NCBI GenBank assembly: GCA_046045965.1
Contig: JBJOKS010000003.1
Coordinates: 165,127-229,126, forward strand
Reading direction: 5' to 3'
DNA: 64,000 nt
DNA from: Cyanobacteriota bacterium
Lineage (GTDB): Bacteria; Cyanobacteriota; Cyanobacteriia; Cyanobacteriales; Nostocaceae
This document shows positions 1 through 10,139 of this stretch, one piece after another. The notes under the pieces were generated by a model. The model was not told the DNA's origin, ran no database searches, and saw nothing but the letters and a program-made list of their open reading frames with translations. Position 1 is the stretch's first letter. Each line of letters opens with the position of its first letter. The position numbers and the translations under genes are program-made.

Positions 1-405
1 TATAGCTACAGAGGGAAAGTTTGCCAAATTCACATTTTTCGGTAAAGCATAACGTTGAGAACCACTAATTTTTTGCAAAGCAGCAATACTGACATAATCT
101 TTCTCTTTAATACCAGATTTTGGTGGTACATTACCACGATAGAGAATTACAAATAAATCTGGACCTTTATCAGTTTTAAAACTCTTCTCAAACTCTAAAT
201 ATCTAATACCATTTTCAGTAACAACTCTTACTTTTCCCTGAGTGGTATGTTCCAGTGTCTTAAAGCTTCCAGACTCTACTACTGAAGTAGCAACATTTTT
301 TCCAGACTCAGGTTTATTATCTGTAGGAGTTGAAATTGCTTCCTTTGCAAAGCTCACAGTGAGAAAGGTAACGATAATAAAAATCCCTAAATTCCGAAAC
401 TTCAT
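1..405 (-). CDS. DM13 domain-containing secreted protein (runs off the left edge; not in ORF track)
   Basis: Manual translation from ATG at 405: MKFRNLGIFIIVTFLTVSFAKEA...GSFKTLEHTTQGKVRVV...FKTDKGPDLFVIL...GSQRYALPKNVNLANFPSVAI. Signal peptide plus the DM13-type GPDLxVxL and GxQxYxLP motifs. Confidence 0.8.
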   Translation of the reverse strand, partial: MKFRNLGIFIIVTFLTVSFAKEAISTPTDNKPESGKNVATSVVESGSFKTLEHTTQGKVRVVTENGIRYLEFEKSFKTDKGPDLFVILYRGNVPPKSGIKEKDYVSIAALQKISGSQRYALPKNVNLANFPSVAI

Positions 406-549
406 ACTTTCACTTCCTCTAATTTATCTTTAAGGATAATTTAAAGCATATTCCCACGAATTAAATTAATGTAAGCTGAGAATTTCTTGAATATTAATTG
501 AGAAAAAGCAAACAATAAGCTCCCCAACTGCTCTAAGAAGTCAGGGAGA

Positions 550-1356
550 TTAAACCTCTTCATTCATCACACCTGAATTTTGACCAGTTGAGTAACAGCA
601 CCTAGCAAAATCGGCGATATTAGATATGATTAAAAAATCAATAGTTTTAAACTGTCTATCAATAGCTGGAAGACTGCATATTTTAGCACCAACACTCAAA
701 TAAGCTTGTAAAATCTTGGGAATTTCCACATTATAAATATCTGGACAATCTTGCTGAATTTCTATAGAGTATTCTAAATTAGGAGCAACCAAAATACTGG
801 GGTGTATCCAATTATTATGCTGAAAATAATTATAAGCACAAGCAGCTTGCTGAGAGCATTGTGTTAACAAAGATGCACAACCAAAAAAATATTGTTTTCC
901 ACTCCAAATTAGATAATTAGCTAAACCTTGCCAAAGTAATAAAAGAGTATAACTATTGCGATATTCTTTAGCTATACAAGCACGTCCAATTTCTACAGAT
1001 GATTGCAATACAAAATCAGGAATTTTAGAGAGATTAAAAATGTCAGCAGAATCAAATCCTAAACCTTTAGCAGCCATTGTATAGGTTTGCATTCTATATG
1101 TACCAATCGTTTCACCTGTATTTTTAGCAATCAGCAGTAAATGATCACAAACATCATCAAATTTATCTCGGTCCATCCCGGCAAAATTAGAACTAGAAAA
1201 TCCCAAACCCAGTTCTTGATTAAAAACCTGAAAACGCAGCCGAAAAATAGATTCTAACTCTTCCTGAGTTCTAGCAAGTCGCAGGATATACTTTTCACTT
1301 TCCAAAACCGGAAACTCAGAAAGATACAAAGGTGAAGTGATGGGATTGTAATACAT
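550..1356 (-). CDS. GNAT family N-acyltransferase (OlsB/ornithine-lipid acyltransferase-like)
   Basis: LRFQVFNQELG, DRDKFDDVCDHLL, GTYR, VEIGRACI, PKILQAYL..GAKI...PAIDRQFKTIDF motifs. Confidence 0.75.
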   Translation of the reverse strand: MYYNPITSPLYLSEFPVLESEKYILRLARTQEELESIFRLRFQVFNQELGLGFSSSNFAGMDRDKFDDVCDHLLLIAKNTGETIGTYRMQTYTMAAKGLGFDSADIFNLSKIPDFVLQSSVEIGRACIAKEYRNSYTLLLLWQGLANYLIWSGKQYFFGCASLLTQCSQQAACAYNYFQHNNWIHPSILVAPNLEYSIEIQQDCPDIYNVEIPKILQAYLSVGAKICSLPAIDRQFKTIDFLIISNIADFARCCYSTGQNSGVMNEEV

Positions 1357-1604
1357 TTACATCTGTTTTCCTACTTAAATTTGGGAAAAATTCTACTAGG
1401 ATTTAAACCCTAATTATGGACATTTTTTTCAATAAAATCTGGTAATAGGATACAAATTTACCTAATTCACCATTTAAATTTTCTATCAATAGTAATTAGT
1501 TGATAATGTCAAGATACTTTCAAAAAACCTCTTGCAAAAGATTAAAGGGTAAAGGAAAATTCTTCCCCTTACCCCTTATTATTTTCCCGATTTCTGCAAG
1601 CAGT

Positions 1605-2525
1605 CTAATTACGGTGATTATTGGCGTAGCGAACCCTTGTACCAGCCCAAAGTAACTTTTCTCGCAGCGTCTGATAATATGAATTATTTGCCCGCAAAAC
1701 AATAAATTTAGCCCGACAATCAGCCATACGCACATCAACACGGTGTCCAGGCCAAATTGAAGTAGATAATACCCCATCCATCCACAATTTTGTACTTAGA
1801 TCGTAATCCCCCAAAGGCCAAACACTAACCACAGAACCAGGGGGTAAAACCAGAGGACGACTAGAAAGACTCATGGGACAAATAGGAGTGATGGTAAGAG
1901 CTTCCATACCATCGTGCATAATCGGACCATTAGCCGAAACCGTGTAACCCGTAGAACCTGTAGGAGTGGAAATAATTAACCCATCTCCCACATACTGATC
2001 AACTACCTCACCATCAATTTCCATTTCCAGAATAGAGGTAATCATTCTGTCAGCAGAAGCGGGTTTAATACAAAACTCATTTAAAGCCAGATAATGTTCC
2101 GTGACTGGTTCTAAATTTGTCCGATGACCCTCATATACAGCCGCTTGCAACATCATCCGGCGCTGGAGAGCATAGCGATCTTCAAACAGCCGATCCCACA
2201 CTTGTTCTGGCTCTTGAAACTCATCCATTGACTCAGTTAAAAACCCCAAATGACCTCCCACATTCACCCCCAAAATGGGGATACCAGCTGGGGCTAAATG
2301 TCTGGCACCGGTTAAAACAGTACCATCACCACCAAGTACCAAAGCTAGATCAATTGGTTGGGTTGCGGATGCCAAAAACACTGGATAGGGGTTATCTTTG
2401 GGTCCGCTAGGTCCAACCAAAACTTGGCACTGACGGGCTTCTAGTTGTTTCGCGCAGAGTTCAGCCCAGCGTTTACTCTGGGAGTCTCGCGCTTTATAAG
2501 CAATGATTACTTGCTTGAGTTGCAC
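1605..2525 (-). CDS. nadK: NAD(+) kinase
   Basis: LGGDGT, GHLGFL, ALNE and GDGLIISTPTGSTGYTVSANGP motifs. Confidence 0.95.
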   Translation of the reverse strand: MQLKQVIIAYKARDSQSKRWAELCAKQLEARQCQVLVGPSGPKDNPYPVFLASATQPIDLALVLGGDGTVLTGARHLAPAGIPILGVNVGGHLGFLTESMDEFQEPEQVWDRLFEDRYALQRRMMLQAAVYEGHRTNLEPVTEHYLALNEFCIKPASADRMITSILEMEIDGEVVDQYVGDGLIISTPTGSTGYTVSANGPIMHDGMEALTITPICPMSLSSRPLVLPPGSVVSVWPLGDYDLSTKLWMDGVLSTSIWPGHRVDVRMADCRAKFIVLRANNSYYQTLREKLLWAGTRVRYANNHRN

Positions 2526-2531
2526 GCACTG

Positions 2532-2837
2532 TTACCACTTGAGGAGATTAAACTGCTCCATATCGACGGTATCACGGTTGCGATAAATGGCCAGCACAAT
2601 CGCTAAACCGACCGCCGCTTCCGCAGCTGCCACGGTAATCACAAAAACTGTGAAAACCTGACCTTTAATTAATGTTGAGTCAAGAAAGTTGGAAAATGCC
2701 ATTAAATTCAGATTAACAGCATTTAACAATAACTCAATTGACATTAGCACCCGCACGGCGTTACGGCTGGTAATTAACCCATAGATGCCAATGCAAAATA
2801 AAGCTGCTGCAAGTAATAAAAAGTATTGGAGTTGCAT
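2532..2837 (-). CDS. ndhE: NAD(P)H-quinone oxidoreductase subunit 4L (NdhE)
   Basis: [44 protein letters not shown]. Start moved to ATG 2837 because the ORF-track extension is translated STRR repeat. Confidence 0.95.
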   Translation of the reverse strand: MQLQYFLLLAAALFCIGIYGLITSRNAVRVLMSIELLLNAVNLNLMAFSNFLDSTLIKGQVFTVFVITVAAAEAAVGLAIVLAIYRNRDTVDMEQFNLLKW

Positions 2838-2960
2838 AGTTTTCAGGAAATAGGGAATAGGGAATAGGGAATAGGGGATAGGCAAAAGGCAAAAGGCAGA
2901 AGGAAAATATTCTTCCCCTGCTTCCCTTGCCTCCCCTGCTTCCCCTGCTTCCTCATCTTT

Positions 2961-3572
2961 TTACTCTTCAGTACCGCTACCAGTTGATACCAGTTCTCTG
3001 GGGCGTTCTGGCAAGGTTAAGATAGTTTGTGGCAGGTCGGAAGGGGTTAGTTGGTCTGGTAAATATTCCCGACGTGCCAAAATAATTGCTCCTACCATTG
3101 CCATCAGTAGCAAAACGGAAGCTAATTCAAAGGGAAGCAAAAAGTCGGTGAAGAAATGTTCACCAATCAAAACTATAGAATTTTGAACAGCTACAGATGT
3201 GGAAGAATAAGCCCAAGGTGTTGCCAGTACCATCGTACTTAACAGGCCAAATAGTCCTATACTCACTACACCTGTAATTATTTTCCGCAACCCAGCACTA
3301 GGTAAAGGGGAAAAATCCTGACGTTTGTTTACCAACATAATGGCAAACAGAATCAAGACGTTAATTGCACCAACATAAATCAGAATTTGTGCTGCTGCGA
3401 CAAAATCACCATTTAGCAACAGGTACAGTCCAGCCATGCTGATGAATACACCACCGAGCAAAAAGGCAGAATAGACGATGTTAGAAAACAGCACTACACC
3501 GAGTGCTGCCCCAATCATCATTACAGCCAGTATGCCAAATGAAACAATCTGTACTCCTTCCGCTAGATTCAC
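2961..3572 (-). CDS. ndhG: NAD(P)H-quinone oxidoreductase subunit 6 (NdhG)
   Basis: AAAQILIYVGAINVLILFAIMLV and LLPFELASVLLL; position in the ndhAIGE operon. Confidence 0.95.
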   Translation of the reverse strand: MNLAEGVQIVSFGILAVMMIGAALGVVLFSNIVYSAFLLGGVFISMAGLYLLLNGDFVAAAQILIYVGAINVLILFAIMLVNKRQDFSPLPSAGLRKIITGVVSIGLFGLLSTMVLATPWAYSSTSVAVQNSIVLIGEHFFTDFLLPFELASVLLLMAMVGAIILARREYLPDQLTPSDLPQTILTLPERPRELVSTGSGTEE

Positions 3573-3667
3573 TTTTTTTGTCCTTTGTCAGTTGTCAGTT
3601 GTCAGTTGTCCTTTGTCAGTTGTCAATTATCTTTTCTAATGACTAATGACTAATGACTAATTGCAAT

Positions 3668-4249
3668 TTACTTTTCTGTTTCTACTAAGTCTTCTGGACG
3701 AGAACCAGCACGGGGAGCATCTGCGGGGACTCCGTGGGGTTCCATTACGCCTTTGGGTAGATAAACCAGTTCGCGTAGTGGTGTCACCATTGGATCGTCT
3801 GTAACTTTGTAAGGTAGTCGTCCTAATGCTACGCTGTCGTAGTTCAGTTCGTGGCGATCGTAAGTAGAAAGTTCGTATTCTTCTGTCATGGATAAACAGT
3901 TTGTGGGGCAGTATTCCACGCAGTTACCACAGAAAATACAAACTCCAAAATCAATACTGTAGTGTTTGAGTTTTTTCTTCTTGGTGGCTTTGTCCATTTC
4001 CCAATCAACTACAGGCAGGTTGATGGGACACACACGCACACAAACTTCACAAGCAATACACTTGTCAAATTCATAGTGAATCCTACCCCGAAACCGTTCA
4101 CCAGGAATCAGTTTCTCGTAAGGGTATTGTACGGTAATGGGGCGGCGCTGCATATGGTCAAAGGTGACAGACAACCCTTGTCCAATGTAACGCGCTGATT
4201 GTACTGCTTCTTTGGCGTAATCACCAACTTGTTTGAGGAACTTTAGCAT
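3668..4249 (-). CDS. ndhI: NAD(P)H-quinone oxidoreductase subunit I
   Basis: Two 4Fe-4S motifs, [12 protein letters not shown] and [12 protein letters not shown]. Confidence 0.97.
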   Translation of the reverse strand: MLKFLKQVGDYAKEAVQSARYIGQGLSVTFDHMQRRPITVQYPYEKLIPGERFRGRIHYEFDKCIACEVCVRVCPINLPVVDWEMDKATKKKKLKHYSIDFGVCIFCGNCVEYCPTNCLSMTEEYELSTYDRHELNYDSVALGRLPYKVTDDPMVTPLRELVYLPKGVMEPHGVPADAPRAGSRPEDLVETEK

Positions 4250-4353
4250 TGTTTGTGTCTCTCTTCTCTAATCTTGTCAGGTGATTGGTGATTGGTGATT
4301 GGGAAAACTATTACCCAGTCCCCAGTCCCCAGTCCCCAGTCACCAGTCACCTA

Positions 4354-5472
4354 TTAACCACCGAAGGCGACGGGAAAGGCTAATTTCAGGGCTGCGGTTA
4401 ATAGGAGATTAACCAAAGCTACTGGTAGTAAGAATTTCCATCCTAAATCTAACAGTTGGTCAATCCGTACCCGGGGCAGGGTCCAACGGATGAGAATGGC
4501 GAGAAATACCAGAAAATAGGCTTTCAGTACGGTCATGGTGATACCTAAAGCGGCTGTCACCACTTGAAGTATAGGGTTGGTATCACTTACTCCCAGCCAC
4601 TCACCGATCAGGCTGACGGGGATGGGAAAATGCCAACCACCCAAGTATAAAATTGCTACGAGCAGGGAAGAAAGGATCAGGTTAATGTAAGAACCTAAGT
4701 AAAACAAACCGAATTTCATACCTGCGTATTCAGTTTGATACCCTGCCACTAGTTCTTCTTCCGCTTCGGGTAAGTCAAAGGGTAAGCGTTCGCATTCAGC
4801 TAAGGCAGCAATCCAAAAGATGATAAAACCTAGTGGTTGTCGCCAAACGTTCCAACCTAAAATCCCAAAGTTAGATTGTTGGTTAACAATATCAATGGTG
4901 CTGAGGCTGTTAGACATCATGGCGATCGCTAATACACTCAGCGCCAATGGTATTTCATAACTAATTGATTGTGCTGCTGCCCGCAATCCCCCTAACAAGG
5001 AGTATTTATTATTAGATGCGTAGCCTGCCATCAATAAGCCTATGGGCTGAATGCTGGACAAAGCAATCCACAAGAACACACCCATGCTGACGTTGGTAAT
5101 GACGATATTTTCCCCAAAGGGGACAATCAGAAACGATAAAAATACCGGAATTACCACAATTACTGGTCCGAGGGTAAACAGCCAGCGGTCTGCTTTGGCT
5201 GGTACTATATCTTCTTTAAAGATTAACTTGAGACCATCAGCTACAGGCACTAGCAAACCAAATGGACCTTGGTATTCAGGACCAATCCGTTGCTGTGCGG
5301 CAGCGGAAATTTTCCGTTCTAGCCAGGTAGCAACCAGTACACCTACTGTTGCCCCAATCAGCATCAGGATCATTGGCAATGGCATCCAAATCGCTTTGGC
5401 TGTCCCTGCTGGTATTCCTAAATCCTTGACGGATTCAATAAAAGTTCCTTGAAGGTCAATTCCTGCATTCAT
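4354..5472 (-). CDS. ndhA: NAD(P)H-quinone oxidoreductase subunit 1 (NdhA)
   Basis: [46 protein letters not shown]. Confidence 0.97.
   Translation of the reverse strand: MNAGIDLQGTFIESVKDLGIPAGTAKAIWMPLPMILMLIGATVGVLVATWLERKISAAAQQRIGPEYQGPFGLLVPVADGLKLIFKEDIVPAKADRWLFTLGPVIVVIPVFLSFLIVPFGENIVITNVSMGVFLWIALSSIQPIGLLMAGYASNNKYSLLGGLRAAAQSISYEIPLALSVLAIAMMSNSLSTIDIVNQQSNFGILGWNVWRQPLGFIIFWIAALAECERLPFDLPEAEEELVAGYQTEYAGMKFGLFYLGSYINLILSSLLVAILYLGGWHFPIPVSLIGEWLGVSDTNPILQVVTAALGITMTVLKAYFLVFLAILIRWTLPRVRIDQLLDLGWKFLLPVALVNLLLTAALKLAFPVAFGG
4922..4929. repeat. HIP1 octamer GCGATCGC (one example of many across the window)
   Basis: Recurs in coding and intergenic DNA throughout the core regions, as expected for HIP1-bearing cyanobacteria. 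Confidence 0.9.
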
Positions 5473-6067
5473 GTTTGCTACTCTTTAATTCGTCGAGTCA
5501 CGGTGAATTACAAATATTAGTTGATTTAATATCTGTAATTTCACTGAAAAATAATCTCTGTTGAGATGATGCCTGATTGTAGATTTGTTGCCAATCCATG
5601 AGTTTAGTATATCCTTGGATGGTTTTAGGCTTTTGATCCCAGATGACAACTTCTACTTATGGTTGAGATTGAGATTGGTGATTGGGGATGTGGGGACTGG
5701 GGGTTGGGGACTGGGGGTTGGGGACTGGGCTGGGAAAAAACCTCTTTCCTCTTCCCCTGAACTCCTGTTCTCTTCTTACTGTCACCTGTCACCTATTCTT
5801 TAGACAAGAGAAAGTTACCGTCTCCAAATTGGTAACGGTTTTTTAGTCTATGCAAATTGTCTGTTTTTCCTGTACAGAAGTTATGACTATGCCAATTTCA
5901 GATGATCTGAGGTTTTGAGATTTTTGATTGTCAGCCTCATCAAGCTGACAGATGACAGTTATCGATCTGTCTACTTGAGGGCATTAATCCCAAATCTCAA
6001 ATCTAAAATTGGTTACTTGTCAGCTAATGACGGGAAAATTCCTCCTGACTGTCATCTATCCCGCTAG

Positions 6068-7204
6068 TTAACGCTTGTCGATGGGAGTGTAAGTGACTTC
6101 GTGGCGACCATTGTAAATTTGGGTAGGACGGAAAATTCGGTTTTCTGCAAGTTGTTCTTTCCAGTGTGCTAACCAACCAGCTACACGAGCGATCGCAAAT
6201 ACTGGTGTAAACAAGTCTGTAGGAATTCCCATTTTCCTATACACCAAACCGGAGTAAAAGTCAACATTAGGATAAATCCCTTTAGTGCCAACTTTTTCGG
6301 CCATTACCTTTTCTACTTCCAAGGCAATTTCATAATACTTGTCGTAGCCGAATTTCTCGAACAATTGCTCTGCCAAGCGTTGTAAGATTGTGGCTCTGGG
6401 ATCTTTGACTTTATATACACGGTGTCCAAATCCCATGATTTTCGCCTTTTTTTGCAGACGATCTTCTAGGTAGGGGCGGACATTATCGACAGTGCCAATT
6501 TCTTCTAACATCTGAATTACTTCTTCGTTAGCACCACCGTGCAATGGACCGCCTAATGTGCCTACAGCACTGGCAACTACAGCATAGGGGTCTGTTAAGG
6601 TGGAAGCTGTCACCCGCGCACTGAAGGTAGAAGCGTTCATTGTATGTTCAACGTGCAGGATCAAGCAGATGTCAAAAATCCTCGCTGCTAAAGGATCGGG
6701 TTCTTTCTCGTTGAGCATATACAAGAAGTTGGCGGAATAATCTAGGTCATCCCTGGGTTTGACTGGATCATTTCCTTTCCGCATCAACTGGAAGGCAGCT
6801 ACCATTGTAGGAATTGTCGCTACTAACCGAACTACAGCATCCCGAATATAGACAGGATTATGTAAGTCACGACGAGAATAAAATAAACCCAAGGCAGCAG
6901 CAGAGGCCTGTAGAGCATCCATTGGATGACCACTTTCGGGAAAGCACTTCATCATGTCCCGAATGCGGTATTTTATCCGTCTGTGGGTGTTAACTTCGCT
7001 CTCAAACGCTGCCAATTCTTCCTTGCTGGGCAATTCTCCCCAAATTAAAAGATAAGCAGTTTCCAGAAATGTACTTTTTTCTGCTAATTCCTCAATCCTG
7101 ATACCTCGATACTCTAGTATTCCCTTTTGCCCGTCTACATGACTAATACTCGACTGGGCTGCGGGAATGCCTTCTAAACCAGGCTTGTATTCGCACACCG
7201 TCAT
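6068..7204 (-). CDS. gltA: Citrate synthase
   Basis: GPLHGGANE, MGFGHRVYKVKDPRA, YPNVDFYSG. Confidence 0.97.
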   Translation of the reverse strand: MTVCEYKPGLEGIPAAQSSISHVDGQKGILEYRGIRIEELAEKSTFLETAYLLIWGELPSKEELAAFESEVNTHRRIKYRIRDMMKCFPESGHPMDALQASAAALGLFYSRRDLHNPVYIRDAVVRLVATIPTMVAAFQLMRKGNDPVKPRDDLDYSANFLYMLNEKEPDPLAARIFDICLILHVEHTMNASTFSARVTASTLTDPYAVVASAVGTLGGPLHGGANEEVIQMLEEIGTVDNVRPYLEDRLQKKAKIMGFGHRVYKVKDPRATILQRLAEQLFEKFGYDKYYEIALEVEKVMAEKVGTKGIYPNVDFYSGLVYRKMGIPTDLFTPVFAIARVAGWLAHWKEQLAENRIFRPTQIYNGRHEVTYTPIDKR

Positions 7205-7316
7205 GGCTACACCACTTGCTTTGTGAAATATCTGAACACGCTAACTTACCAGAGATCATTTTCACCATCACAGTTGTCGATTTAACAACTAATTTATGCG
7301 AAAGCTCGAACAACTG

Positions 7317-7811
7317 TTATAGCAGGTACTTGGGTGGTGTCAACCAGAACATTTGACTACGACCCAAAGGAGAACCATCATTTGGTAGTTTTATTCCCAT
7401 CATACCTGCTTTTTTAAGGACGAGTCGTTCTTTTGCTTCCCCCCAAAGGAGAATTTCTGCCCAACTGCTTAAACAGGGTTCATGTCCTACCAGTGCGAGT
7501 TGGGTGTTTTGAGGATATTTTCTCGGTTCTAACCAGTTTTGTAGCCACCATTGAAGATCGCCTTCAAAGCTGAGATGTTCTGAGGTTTCTATTTGAGAAC
7601 TGAGTCCGGCTGCAATGAGTATTTCTGCGGTTTGTTGGGCGCGAACTAAAGGACTGGTGAGGATTAAATCAAATTTTAAACCTAGTTTTACTAATCTTTG
7701 GGCTACTTTTTCGGTTTTTTGTCTTCCTTCTTGGGTGAGCGATCGCTCTTCATCTTTTAGCCCTGGTTGATGTTCTTCGGCAATGCCATGACGAATTAAA
7801 TATAGTTCCAT
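7317..7811 (-). CDS. sixA: Phosphohistidine phosphatase SixA
   Basis: LYLIRHGIA, TSPLVRAQQTA, LVGHEP. Confidence 0.92.
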   Translation of the reverse strand: MELYLIRHGIAEEHQPGLKDEERSLTQEGRQKTEKVAQRLVKLGLKFDLILTSPLVRAQQTAEILIAAGLSSQIETSEHLSFEGDLQWWLQNWLEPRKYPQNTQLALVGHEPCLSSWAEILLWGEAKERLVLKKAGMMGIKLPNDGSPLGRSQMFWLTPPKYLL

Positions 7812-7860
7812 AGTTAGCAGCAGTTAGGAGTCTTAAACTATAAGTTTTGTATTATCAACT

Positions 7861-8250
7861 TTATGGATATGGTAATAGGTTTAAACCTTGAATAAATTTA
7901 TAATCTCTTTGGTTTTTAGCGATCAATGGATAATTCCTAACTATTGCTGTAGCTGCTATTAGACCATCTGCAATCAACAAGCCATGACTTAGACGATAAG
8001 CCTGTAATAAATCAACAGCTTTGTCTGAAATAACTTCATCAATTTTAATAATATCAAACTGTTTGAGGAATTTTTCTAATTTTTGTAGTTCTGCTTTGTT
8101 AGCACAACCAACCATTAGTTCCATTTGTGTGACTATACTAATTGCCAAGCTAGAATTTGCTTTCAAATTTTGCAAACAGTTTACTGCCTCTAATACACCG
8201 CGACCAACATCAATGATAATATCGGTATCAACAATAGTTGAGTTAGTCAT
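7861..8250 (-). CDS. PIN-domain (VapC family) toxin
   Basis: IVDTDIII, TQMELMVG, ADGLIAATA, NQRDY acidic PIN motifs; start placed at ATG 8250, just after the antitoxin stop. Confidence 0.88.
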   Translation of the reverse strand: MTNSTIVDTDIIIDVGRGVLEAVNCLQNLKANSSLAISIVTQMELMVGCANKAELQKLEKFLKQFDIIKIDEVISDKAVDLLQAYRLSHGLLIADGLIAATAIVRNYPLIAKNQRDYKFIQGLNLLPYP

Positions 8251-8257
8251 GGGAATC

Positions 8258-8485
8258 TTACCACTCATCTTTTCTGACATTACGCACCCAAGCGTTACTC
8301 TCGGTTAAATCTTGACGTTCACTCCACATACCAATAAATCCATCATTTATTAAATCACTATTTTGGGATTGATTAGCAGGTTTAACTTCATATCTTTGTC
8401 GCAGAAAAGCAATAAAGTCAATTACTTGACGCTGCGCTTCAGCAGGAAGGGAGGAAAATTCGTTTAATAATTCGTGTTGTGTCAT
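8258..8485 (-). CDS. Putative antitoxin (DUF2281-like) for the adjacent VapC
   Basis: 75 aa; LPAEAQRQVIDFIAFLRQRY...FIGMWSERQDL...WVRNVRKDEW; directly upstream of the PIN gene. Confidence 0.75.
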   Translation of the reverse strand: MTQHELLNEFSSLPAEAQRQVIDFIAFLRQRYEVKPANQSQNSDLINDGFIGMWSERQDLTESNAWVRNVRKDEW

Positions 8486-8627
8486 TTTTCTGCTGTATGT
8501 TAGTTGGTTCTTAAAGTGCAAAAAGTTGACGAATTGCTAAAGTATATGCTTATTATACTATAAGGAAAATATATTATTGCAATTTTTATATAATTGATAC
8601 AGCTAACAGAATCTAATATCTAGTTTA

Positions 8628-8674
8628 ACCAATCACCAATCACCAATCACCAATCACCAATCATCAATCATCAA
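8628..8674. repeat. STRR heptamer tract (ACCAATC)n
   Basis: Five perfect units plus degenerate units just upstream of cobB. Confidence 0.9.
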
Positions 8675-8678
8675 GTTC

Positions 8679-10127
8679 ATGTCTGTTATTATTGCTGGAG
8701 AACGTAGCGGAGTCGGGAAAACAACGGTAACACTCGCACTTTTAGCTAATTTACGTCGTTATGGTTTAAAAGTCCAATCTTTTAAGGTGGGACCTGATTA
8801 TATTGATCCGATGTTTCATCAATATGTCACAGGTTTACCTTGTCGAAATTTAGATGCGGTTTTGACTTCAGAAAGTTATATTCAACAATGTTTTAAAACT
8901 CATTCCCAAGACTGTGAATATGCACTGGTTGAGGGGGTGATGGGTTTATTTGATGGCGTTGGTAATTTATCTAATGATCAAATAGATTTTGCTAGTACCG
9001 CTCATCTTGCTAGATTATTAGATGTTCCGGTAATCTTAGTAATTGATTGTAGTCGTTTATCTGTATCGGTTGCTGCTATTGCTTATGGTTATTGTAATTT
9101 AGATCCAAGAGTTAAAATTGCGGGTTTGGTGTTAAATAGAGTGGGGAGCGATCGCCATTTATCTTTATTAAAAAATTCTCTGAAAAATTTAGGTTTTCCT
9201 ATTCTTGGTGTGTTGAGAAGGGAAGATGATATTACTATTCCTGATCGTCATCTGGGTTTACTTCCTACGGGAGAATTACCAGAATTAGATGATGTAATTG
9301 ATCGTTTGGCAGATTTAGGTGATAATTGTTTTGATTGGAAAAATTTATTGCCACTTTTACAAGTAAGTGAATTTCTGTCTGAAGGTGTGAATAATTTTCA
9401 GATTAACGAACCGCAGAGACGCAGAGAACGCAGAGAAATACAAGAAAATTTAAAATCTCAAATCAAATCTACAATCAGAATTGCTGTTGCTAGAGATAAA
9501 GCTTTTAATTTCTATTATCAAGATAATTTAGATTTATTGGAGGAGTTGGGAGCAGAGTTGGTTTTTTGGAGTCCTTTAAATGATTTGGAATTACCACGTG
9601 ATATTCAAGGTTTGTATTTTGGTGGTGGTTTTCCTGAAGTATTCGCACAAGAATTAGCAGCAAATGTTAATGTTATTCAGGAAGTAAGAAATGCAATTTT
9701 ATCAGGAATACCTACAATTGCTGAATGCGGTGGTTTAATGTATTTGTGTGAAAATATCATTGATTTTGAAAATCAAATTTTTCCAATGGTGGGAATATTA
9801 CCTACATCTGCACAAATGGATAAAAGGTTAACTTTGGGATATCGTCGTGCGGTAGTTTTAGAAAATAGCTTTTTGTTTACTGCGGGTACAAATATTTATG
9901 GACATGAGTTTCATCGTTCTCATTTAATTACCAATTCTCAACAACCATTGTTTGATACTTTTCGTTATGACTGTGAAGAAAATACAGGTTTTGAAGGATG
10001 GAATTTACCTAATGTTCATGCTTCTTATATTCATCAACATTGGGGGGAAAGTGTAAAAATTCCTCAAATGTTTCTACAACAATGTTTAAACTTTTTAAAA
10101 GTTGATGCAAATTATTCTGACTCCTGA
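8679..10127 (+). CDS. cobB: Cobyrinate a,c-diamide synthase
   Basis: SGVGKTT, FKVGPDYIDP, EGVMGLFDG, AFNFYY, GGGFPE, AECGGLMYL, GHEFH. Confidence 0.95.
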   Translation: MSVIIAGERSGVGKTTVTLALLANLRRYGLKVQSFKVGPDYIDPMFHQYVTGLPCRNLDAVLTSESYIQQCFKTHSQDCEYALVEGVMGLFDGVGNLSNDQIDFASTAHLARLLDVPVILVIDCSRLSVSVAAIAYGYCNLDPRVKIAGLVLNRVGSDRHLSLLKNSLKNLGFPILGVLRREDDITIPDRHLGLLPTGELPELDDVIDRLADLGDNCFDWKNLLPLLQVSEFLSEGVNNFQINEPQRRRERREIQENLKSQIKSTIRIAVARDKAFNFYYQDNLDLLEELGAELVFWSPLNDLELPRDIQGLYFGGGFPEVFAQELAANVNVIQEVRNAILSGIPTIAECGGLMYLCENIIDFENQIFPMVGILPTSAQMDKRLTLGYRRAVVLENSFLFTAGTNIYGHEFHRSHLITNSQQPLFDTFRYDCEENTGFEGWNLPNVHASYIHQHWGESVKIPQMFLQQCLNFLKVDANYSDS

Positions 10128-10139
10128 CTCCTTAAAAAA

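Noticed and set aside
2838..2885. N-terminal extensions of NdhE and GatC (42671-42757) in the ORF track
   Set aside because: They are translations of STRR heptamer tracts; better starts exist downstream.
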